64,000 nucleotides of DNA. Source: Eledone cirrhosa (lineage: Eukaryota). The DNA lies in contig OZ024740.1 in assembly GCA_964016885.1 (NCBI GenBank), forward strand, positions 151,156,001 through 151,220,000, given 5' to 3'. A program made the translations under genes and the position numbers. Below, one piece after another: positions 53,432 to 64,000 of this stretch. The notes beneath the pieces were generated by a model. That model ran no database searches. It was not told the DNA's origin and saw only the letters and a list, made by a program, of their open reading frames with translations. Each line of letters starts with the position of its first letter. The stretch's first letter is position 1.

Positions 53432-55626
53432 CTATATGTAAAAGAAATCAAAGAACGCCTACATACTCATACAATTTTTATTTGCTGACAATGTTTCATC
53501 CATACCATGGGGCAGGAATCATCAGAGCTTTATAGACAAAAATACAGTGCTGAGTATAAGCTCTACCAATCTTAGTCACATGAACATTAGAAATACAATA
53601 GAGGGTAACAAGTGGTTAATCCAATCGGTTTCATATGCCCCGATTGTCTAGGAGTTATTAAGATAGTGGATTGTCCATAGATAGTAATTCAGTCCATAGT
53701 TTACAACATATGTAGATCGTCAGTAAAGTGCAATCCAGTGCGGGACATGCGTACACTGCCCGCTCCCCATACTTGGTAATAGATACCGCTAGTACCGGGG
53801 TTGGGGACACCGTACTTGCACCTTAGGATTATTAGAGTTCCCTTTACCGTGGAACCTATATTTTATATTATCTGTTTGAACCCGACCCATTTGAACACTC
53901 CCCCATAATTGAATTAGTAAAGCTATCCTTGCGCTTATTGACATATCATAAGGTAACCGCGATTCAATAGTATTTACTATTCTGGAGGTTTCAATAGTAC
54001 TTGACTATTCTGGAGGTTCAATAATAATTAATATTAATATAGTCTTTATTTTTACGAATCTTGTTGAATTAGTATGATTATTCTGTTGGTGATTAAATTA
54101 TTGGTGGTAGTTCGAATTAAATAGCCTTATAGATGACACGTTAGAGTAGTCCCCCTTTCTCTACCACTGTAACGTCATTACTTGGTGACTGAAGGGAGTA
54201 ACACCCTGTATGTACCTTCTACGTTATGAATTGATGTGTATATACCCATAGCGGTGATGGTGTGTATATACCCATAGCGGTGACGAACGAAGTAGCGTGT
54301 GTTTGTTTTTTATGGAGCCGAATTCTTAAATTTCCGCTGGGTATGTAAGCTGTCTTATATAATTTTTGTATGCCTCTTTGGGTATGACCCCACCTAATAG
54401 ACATACTGGGGTACCTGGTGGATTTACTGATTTGAGCACTTTCTGTTATTTTCTGTTTTGTATAGATTGTTAATCCACGTGCTGTACGAGTTTGGTCAAC
54501 GGTGAACTACTGCTGCACTTAACCTGGCATTATTTTGACGTGTTCGCGGCTGGATTAGGTGTGACGAATTTGGTTGTACAGAATCTGGAGCTGCAACTTG
54601 GACACATTGTACTTCACGGTCTGGGATTTTAAACGTGTGGGGATTTTTTTATGTGTAAATTCAGCCTGTAATACATGTTACTATATGTGATGATATGTTT
54701 TGGTGAGCGTATGAATCCGACTGGATTGCACTTTACGGACGATCTACATATGTTGTAAACTCTGGACCGAATTACTATCTACGGACAATCCACTATCTTT
54801 ATAAATCCTCGACAATCGGGGCATATGAAACCGATTGGACTAACCTCTACGGTAGATATGCATATGTAGTGACTCCTCGCCAGATGTGTGTTTTTTACAG
54901 GAACTAAACCATTTTTGTTATGGATTTTTGCTTGAGCTTGATCATGCAATAACCCCGCTTTTCTTGTGTTTGGCTTGTATTGATATGGTGCCTGTTTATA
55001 TACAGGTTTAGAACCCATGGTCCACGTAATTCCGTAACCTACTAGTATACGTTAATTATGTATACTATGGGGAGGAATAAAATCCCATTTGGAATTTCTG
55101 AAGGTACCTTAGGAACCTCTTAGTATTTCTATAACTCTAAGTTATGGAGAACTAAATCACCTGTTATATATAGTAACCAACGCATAGCTTCCTCTGGTTT
55201 TTTGCGTGCTTTAAATTTTTTCTTTTTTTCTTTTTTAATTTTCTTTATCTCTTTATATTATTATTTTCCTTTTACTTTATTATTATATGTTTTAAATATT
55301 GTTTATACTTTTTGCTTTTGTATGCCCCCACGTGCTTCCGCATCTTGTGAAAAAATCTGCCTGTACCCTAGCATTAGCATATAGCTGTAGTGATGAATAA
55401 CAACCCCACTATGCACTCTCTACATACTCGCCATTTCCGATCTCCCTCTTGTTACCCTCTATTGTATTTCTAATGTTCATGTGACTAAGCTTGGTAGAAC
55501 TTACACTCAGCACTGTATTTTTGTTTATAAAGCTCTGATGATTCCTGCCCCATGGTATGGATGAAACTTTGTCAGCAAATAAACATTGTATGAGTATGTA
55601 GGAGTTATTTGATTTCTTTTACATAT
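53432..55626 (+). mobile_element. Decayed PLE-like element with two nested inversions and a terminal HHR
   Basis: 53434-53612 is inverted to 55448-55626, and 53614-53738 is inverted to 54720-54846. Coding similarity is weak at best. Confidence 0.7.
55532..55576 (+). ncRNA. Minimal type I hammerhead motif, canonical core
   Basis: gct-CTGATGA-ttcctgcc cca tggtatggat-GAAA-ctttg-TC-agc; an inverted copy lies at ~53484-53528. Confidence 0.82.
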
Positions 55627-55872
55627 AACGGCTCTGTTCTCGTACATTGAGCTTATATAATACTGTCACACATACGACACGGTGCAGGTGCGTTTCTGCA
55701 CCTACGCTCCGTGGTAAATATATATATATATATAAATAAAAAAAAAACAATGAATAAAAACAAAGAAACAGTTCCTTATATTAAAACATTCATCATTTTA
55801 CGATCCTTTCTAGGATATATATGTGTGTGTTGGTATGTATATCATATAGATCTATGTAAAATTTTACAATTT

Positions 55873-55911
<39 letters not shown>

Positions 55912-56220
55912 ATAAATATTTCGTATCTACAAAGAAATACGGTTTTAGGAAGCTGTAGCAATGCAAACACCGGGGGGCTAACGCCCTCTGGTGATGTCCA
56001 GCAGAAGCAAGGGGGATAACAGTCTAAGCATTTCAGGCTTAACCGGCCATCGTCAGGACGGTCCCTTCGTCCGCTTGCGACTGCTGGACTAGAAGACAGG
56101 CGAGAATATATAGTTTTCTCGTCTGTGTAAATGAGGTGATTAATCTCATTTGCATATGCATATGTAGATACGAAATATTTATACATATTGTATAAAGCTA
56201 TGCTTGAAGCGAAATCCTAT

Positions 56221-56310
<90 letters not shown>

Positions 56311-56334
56311 ATAATAATAAATTTGAAGACTGAA

Positions 56335-56490
56335 ATCCAATGAAGGCTCGATCAGGATAAATATATATCAAATATATAAGAACCGTAGAGCAAATATTTA
56401 TTAAAATAACAGATTAAAGTTTAAGCAAAGAATCGCTGCTTTCACCCTTAAGATTATTTGCTTAAACTTTAATCTGTTATTTTAATAAAT
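56335..56490. mobile_element. Family E pLTR fold-back fragment
   Basis: Inverse of 32120-32250, followed by a short inverted arm. Confidence 0.8.
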
Positions 56491-56491
56491 A

Positions 56492-56596
<105 letters not shown>

Positions 56597-58194
56597 ATGA
56601 TATTAATAAATGGAAACTATATTTATAAAACAATATTTATTTTATTATATATATTTGAAGGGTACCAAAATTTTGGTACGCTCTCATCAGATAAAATACA
56701 AAATTTGTTTTATAAATGTTGACATACCTAAGAAACCAGACCTTATCGGTTCAGGTTCAGTTTGGATAGTGAAAGACAAATTTCAAATCCTTTGGATGAA
56801 TATGTAAATGAGGTTGAAACGTAAGGCTGAAAAAATATCGTTATATTTAGACGCTAGGTATATTTAAATAATTATTAGGATAATTTATAAGGATACATTA
56901 TAAAAGGAAAAAAGTGAGGCTAATATTAATGTTATGGTGTAAGAAAATTTAAGGAATGATTATAAGACAAAATTATAATTAGAAATACACTATTATTATT
57001 AAGATAAAATTGTATGGATCATATCAGTGATAGTGTAAAGAGAGTGATATAATTATATTTAATTATTTAATTATATACGGTGATCATATATTTTGGTAGT
57101 GTCTATATACTAATATGAGAGTTATGAATGTGTTGAAGTGGTAAAATACCAATTTAAAATGTTTAAAAGAAATTGCGATATGCAACAAATTATTGGATCT
57201 ATTCAAATCATGAGTTATAATATTATATAGATAATATTTATAAGTATATTTTAAGGTTGTAAGTATATTTTAGTTTATTATATTACAACGGGTTATTTAT
57301 ATAAGTATTTATATAAATATTTTTGGTGAGTATATATGTTATTTTCACTAGATAGATAAATTAAATGTTAAGGGTTACGAAGAATTTTGTGTTTACATTT
57401 TCAATATATAGTTAAGAAAAGGACGTAGTTATAAATTTTATTTGAGAAGATTATTTTGTATATTCAAATAGTTTAATCGAGATAGGAAACATTCACAAAA
57501 AATTTATTAAGTCAACGAAAATAAATATTTATGTAAAGTTTAGTTTTTCCGTCGAATGGATGTCTAAGCGTGTTACATTATAAAGGAAAAGATAACTCCA
57601 ATGTTTCTTAGTTAAAATAATTATGTTACATATGTCGTTTAATTCTAGAATTTTCTTTTAAAGAAATATACAATTAAGATATATGCGGAATATAATTAGA
57701 AAAATGTTATATATTATTTTGTATATGATTATAAGGTACTTTATATTAGATGTTTTCAAAGATGAGAATTCGTTGCTGGACACTATTGACAATAGTATCT
57801 TTTACATTTCTAGGATGGTTAGAATGGAAGCTTACGTAGTTTAAATTTTCATTAATCTTATGGAAAGGGTGATATAGACCTGAGCTAAGGTTTAAAGTTA
57901 CATCATGATTTGAATAGATCCAATAATTTGTGGTAAGTCGCAATTTCTTTTAAACAATTTAAATTGGTATTTTACCACTTCAACACATTCTTAACTCTCA
58001 TATTATTTTATAGATACTACCAAACTACATGATTACCGTATATAATTAAATAATTGAATATAATTATATCACTCTCTTTACACCATCACTGATATGATCC
58101 ATACAATTTTATCTTAATAATAATAGTATATTTCTAACAATAATTTTTTCTTATAATCATTCCTTAAATTTTCTTACACCATAACATTAAATTA

Positions 58195-58384
58195 GGGCGG
58201 TGGATTGGCAGTATCGGTGGAGGGTCGGACGCCATGCTTTCCAGCATAGTTACGTCACTTTACGGTCTGAGTTCAAATCCCGCCAAGGTTGACTTTGCCT
58301 TTCATCCTTACAGGGTCGATAAAATAAAGTAGCAGTAATGCACTGGGTAATTGCTGGCCTTGTACCTAAAGTAGAAACAATTAA
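58195..58384 (+). mobile_element. Full-length tRNA-SINE (Nin-domain-like) inserted in one arm, with TSD
   Basis: Absent from the mirror arm (~56920). attaaattag is duplicated at 58186-58195 and 58380-58389. Confidence 0.92.
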
Positions 58385-58610
58385 ATTAGCCTCTCATTTT
58401 TCCTTTTATAAAGTATCCTTATAATTTATCCTAATAATTATTTAAATTTACCTAGCGTCTAAATATAACGATCTTTTTTTCAGCCTTACGTTTCAACCTC
58501 ATTTACATATTCATCTTAAGGATTTGAAATTTGTCTTTCACTATCCAAACTGAACCTGAACCAATAAGGTCTGGTTTCTTGGGTTGTCAACATTTATAAA
58601 ACACATTTTG

Positions 58611-58672
58611 TATTTTATCTGATGAGCGCGTAACCAAAATGTTGGTACCCTTGAAATATATATAATAAAATA
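58611..58672 (+). ncRNA. Type I hammerhead motif, canonical core
   Basis: tattttat-CTGATGA-stem II (taaccaa aatg ttggta)-GAAA-tatata-TA-ataaaata; 8-bp stem I. Confidence 0.78.
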
Positions 58673-58740
58673 AATGTATATATATATAATAAAATATATA
58701 TAATAAAATAAATGTATATATATATAATAAAATATATATA

Positions 58741-58777
<37 letters not shown>

Positions 58778-59261
58778 TATGTCAACACCACAATATGACA
58801 TACACACACACACATAACACCTACTTTAGAAAATAAAAACCCGAACTAAATAAACCTTAAACATACGTTTGCACTGGCAATACAACAGCAAACACGAAAA
58901 AGTCAGGAAAATATGTTCATTCAAAAATATTCCTACTAAAGGAATCATTTTCCTACACACACACATACACACACACAATATATATATATATATATATATA
59001 TTCTCTTCATCTTAACATGCTAACCATACTCCCACACACATAACACCCATACACACACATAAAAACCCCCACACCTACAACACCCTCCCCATTTCTACTA
59101 ATAGAACCACTTTCCTACACACATATATATATACACACACACAAAAAATATATATTCTCTCTATCTAACATACTCGCACACACACACATAACACCCATAT
59201 ACACACACACACAACTCCCTCCCCCATCTCTACTAATAGAATCATCTTCCAATACACACAT

Positions 59262-59294
<33 letters not shown>

Positions 59295-59773
59295 AGCACA
59301 CAAATAAACACATATCTTCAGTCTCAATAGAAAATCTGAACTCTGACACCTGAACTCTGACAGCTGGCCATATTCACTGAACCAGAACATTTCTCCCAAT
59401 CCCTTTTCCCTTGACCACTATCTCTCCATCGTCATAACATTCACTATAGACTACAGAATAGTTTTCCAAATAAGGGCGCAAAAATGTAATGAAAACTTGT
59501 TCACGTGACAGCCAAATTTCATTTATAACCAACCAAAAAAAAGCCTTCGTGAGCCTCATTTTTTCAAGTAAAAAGAAATTCAAACACTCATATATGAAAA
59601 AACAACCTGTGACAACCCCCCCCCCCCTCTCTTATTTGAAGAACTATTGTAACGCGAACTGGCGCGAAATTTATTATAATTATTGACAAACCAATCAAAT
59701 TACTTCTCGAAAAACCTGGTTTTCGAGCCAGTTTTTCCATATAAAACAAGTAACATTTAGAGACCAACCAGAT

Positions 59774-59979
59774 GTGAGAAAAACCACAGACCCTCCATCT
59801 CAACTCACCTTTTGAAAAGCAGAAGAACTGCGAAACCGGTAAAGGAACCAAATAAATATATATATTTAAAAAAAAAAAAATAAGACTTCAGTTGCATTTT
59901 CGATTTCATCCCTTTTTCTTTATACTTCCACTCGTGTAGGACACCTCGGTTATTTTTCATTTTGTAAAAAAAACCTCAC

Positions 59980-59985
<6 letters not shown>
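59774..59985 (+). mobile_element. Family A full copy
   Basis: Reverse complement of 20970-21177. Confidence 0.88.
59808..59845 (+). ncRNA. Minimal hammerhead motif with U3-A8 core
   Basis: cctt-TTGAAAA-gcag aagaa ctgc-GAAA-ccgg-TA-aagg. Confidence 0.75.
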
Positions 59986-60016
<31 letters not shown>

Positions 60017-60020
<4 letters not shown>

Positions 60021-60230
60021 CCGCTCCAAATAATGACGTATTATATTCGTTTTTTCCCCGTTCTTTGGCAAGGAACGTTTCCACGAACCAAAGTATCGTC
60101 TTCCTGTCTTCCTCCGGTTTTTGAAATATTCACTTCTGCGTTTACAGATTGACTTTGTTAGTTTCAGAAGATCCCGTTAAGGGTGAAAGCAGCGATTCTT
60201 TGGTTAAACTTTAATCTTTTATTTTAATAA

Positions 60231-60232
<2 letters not shown>
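60017..60232 (+). mobile_element. Family E 3' fragment
   Basis: Matches 31952-32174. Confidence 0.85.
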
Positions 60233-60297
<65 letters not shown>

Positions 60298-60310
60298 TAT
60301 ATATATATAT

Positions 60311-60599
60311 GTATTGAAGTTTCTGTTGAAAATTGAAAAAGTCAGAGGAATGAAGAGTGCTCTATGTAAGTTACAGAGCTAAATTTAATAAATATATATA
60401 TAATGTATAATAAACAATACAATATAATTACCTCATGACTAGAGGTTTCCCGAATAAGACGAATACAAGAAACCTCCTCATTCGTTCGTCAGACAAGGCA
60501 AATTGCCTTGTCTGACGAACGAATGAGGAGGTTTCTTGTATTCGTCTTATTCGGGAAACCTCAAGTCATGAGGTAATTATATTGTATTGTTTATTATAC

Positions 60600-60602
<3 letters not shown>
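60311..60602. mobile_element. Family B fold-back with near-perfect ~100-bp arms
   Basis: 60400-60500 is inverted to 60504-60603, centred on gacaaggcaaattgccttgtc. Confidence 0.88.
60505..60574 (+). ncRNA. Type I hammerhead motif
   Basis: gccttgt-CTGACGA-a cgaatgag...cttattcg g-GAAA-cctcaag-TC-atgaggt. Confidence 0.75.
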
Positions 60603-60665
<63 letters not shown>

Positions 60666-60861
60666 TAACGAAGGTGTTGTGATAATGAACCAGATGGACC
60701 ATAACGTACGGCCTAGAGTACTCGATACTAGGGCAGTAGAATGGGTAATGGGAAGATGTATGAACCCGACGGCAAGCTCAAGCGGTTTCGACGGCTATTT
60801 CTGGATTCCAGAAATAGCCGTCGAAACGGCTTGAGCTCTGCCGCCGGGATCATACATTTTC
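60666..60861. mobile_element. Family C fold-back
   Basis: Arms centred on ctatttctgga t tccagaaatag. Confidence 0.85.
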
Positions 60862-60876
60862 ATATATATATATATC

Positions 60877-61720
<844 letters not shown>

Positions 61721-61728
61721 CTGTATAT

Positions 61729-62839
61729 GACTCATTTTATAACATGTTATCCATGTACAACCTGCAGTATTCTTCTCCCCATTTTTTTACATATATTTAC
61801 CTAAACTGCGATTCTGTTTTTCTCTCTCTCTCTCTTACTGCTCCCTCGTTCTCTCTGTTTCTCCTACTTTCTTTCGCCCTTTCTGTCATGTCAGTTAACA
61901 CTTTCTCTCTACTGACCTCTTCCTCACACTTCCACTCACTCACTCACTGTCTCTCCCCTTCTCACTTCACCCCGTTCGCGACGAATACAATTTCCTTCTT
62001 TCTTACATTTGGATTCATCTCGAAAGGTCTTTTATCTAAGCGCTCATATATTCACCCAGCTTATGCTGACAGAATAACTATGTAGCTTGTTCCCTTCCTA
62101 TCTACGGTTAGCTTTCCTCTATGTTGTTTACTTGTCTCACTCGCTTTACACGTTTTAATTGTCCTAATAACTTAATTTAGTTATTATTGCACCAACGTGA
62201 GGTATATGATTTTTAATGCAATGGAATATCTCTGATCGTTGGCAAATCACTGATGAGGGACTCATTTTATAACATGTTATCCATGTGCAACCTGCAGTAT
62301 TCTTCTCCCCATTTTTTCACATAAACTGCGATTCTGTTTTTCTCTCTCTCTCTCTCTTACTGCTCCCTCGTTCTCTCTGTTTCTTCTACTTTCTTTCGCC
62401 CCCTCTGTCATGTCAGTTAACACTTTCTCTCTACTGACCTCTCCCTCACACTTCCACTCACTCACTCATTGTCTCTCCCCTTCTCACTTCACCCCGTTCG
62501 CGACGAATACAATTTCCTTCTTTCTTACATTTGGATTCATCTCGAAAGGTCTTTTTTCTAAGCGCTCATATATTCACCCAGCTTATGCTGACAGAATAAC
62601 TATGTAGCTTGTTCCCTTCCTATCTACGGTTAGGTTTCCTCTTTGTTGTTTACTTGTCTCACTCGCTTTACACGTTTTAATTGTCCTAATAACTTAATTT
62701 AGTTATTATTGCACCAACGTGAGGTATATGATTTTTAATGCAATGAAATATCTATGATCGTTGGCAAATCACTGATGAGGGACTCATTTTATAACATGTT
62801 ATCCATGTGCAACCTGCAGTATTCTTCTCCCCATTTTTT

Positions 62840-62842
<3 letters not shown>
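61729..62842 (+). mobile_element. Family F tandem array, 2.1 units of 530 and 522 bp
   Basis: gactcattttataacatgttatccatg recurs at 61729, 62259 and 62781; the array ends in (TA)n. Confidence 0.92.
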
Positions 62843-62899
<57 letters not shown>

Positions 62900-64000
62900 C
62901 ATCAAGTATGAAATTTATAGAAATTAGTAGGAAAAAGCAAATTTCTACAAAATTCGTACTTGACGATTCAATACATATATATTTATATATGTATATATAT
63001 ATGTATATATATATATGTGTGTGGGGTGCGGGTGGATGGGTGTATGTGTGTGTATGTGTGTGTGTGTGTCTGTGTGTGTGTGTGTCTGTGTGTGTGTGCA
63101 CGTGTGTGCACGTGTGTGCGTGTACGTGTGTGCGTGTGTGTGTGGGTGTGTCTGTGTGGGTGTGTGTGTGTGTAGGAATGTGTCTATAGCGAAATTGTCA
63201 AAAAGGAAAAAAACACTCTTTACATATAATAAAGTTTAACAATTCGTACACCAGATAATACAACAGATGCCAATAGTTTCACGAACTAATATTGTCTGCA
63301 GAACTGCAAGCGATAGCTATTAATTATATCTTCATAATATTTAGAGTGAGTATTAGGAAAGATTACGACGGAAATTAGCTCCAGCCGAAGATTAAAACTG
63401 AGCACATATTTAAAGCCAGTAAGCTAAGTGATTATATATTGCTGAGAGACACACGACACATCCATAGAATCAATATGAAAGAAACGGAGGATTAAAGGTG
63501 GTCCGCTTGCTCCTTGAGCGTCCTTGAACAAGACACTTTCTTTTACGTTGTTTCAGACAACTCATTTGGACTGAATGACTTCCATCTGTACTTCTGTACT
63601 TTAATGAACTAGCCATGTAAAGCTGATCTCCATGAGAACTACGTAGAGTGTACACGTTTATGGAAAATATATTAATTAACAGACATGTAACAATATATAT
63701 ATATATATATATTAATTTAATTTTTTTTTTATTTCATCCTATAAATCTAAACAAAAATTTAACGTTCCAATTTTCTGTTCACACATTATACCATGCAGAC
63801 GCCCACTATATATACCTCTGTTAAGATATAGGTTCTTTAGAATAACATTTTTCGCGGCAATTCCTAGCCTGATTGTAGGATGACATTAACGCTGACTATT
63901 CTTCTTTCTTTCTGTCTTTTTTTCTTTTTGACCGGGAGGTTAGTAGCACATTATATGCTTTCGCCCCCTCACCAGATAGCCCTAAGTAGACCGAATAGCC

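Larger units (their letters stand above)
56598..58680 (-). mobile_element. Highly AT-decayed Naiad-type PLE with ~590-bp inverted terminal arms
   Basis: 56630-57213 is inverted to 57903-58675. RT relic DVTLNLSSGLYHPFHK..ENLNYV...SNHP at 57746-57905 (-) aligns with DVTLELSTGLYKPYHK...SNHP of ORF 36531. Confidence 0.85.

Overview
AT-rich metazoan genomic DNA, probably cephalopod/Octopus-like judging from its SINE families (inference). I can support no host protein-coding gene. Bases 1-18350 are one strand-asymmetric 36-bp GT-rich minisatellite of about 510 copies, which runs off the left edge and shows higher-order block duplications; its giant Val-rich ORFs are compositional artefacts. The other ~45 kb is a dense retroelement graveyard partitioned by (TA)n tracts. 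It holds a near-full-length but frameshifted Neptune-type Penelope-like element (PLE; RT plus GIY-YIG, pseudo-LTRs, Asn-rich insert), four Naiad-type PLE relics, an RTE LINE fragment, a mariner fossil and two tRNA-SINE families. The most notable content is at least ten short non-coding families that carry minimal type I hammerhead ribozyme (HHR) motifs, some with recurrent core variants (U3-A8, A4). They occur as fold-back hairpins or as ~0.3-0.65 kb head-to-tail units inserted in (TA)n. All alignments and folds were made by eye, so boundaries are approximate.
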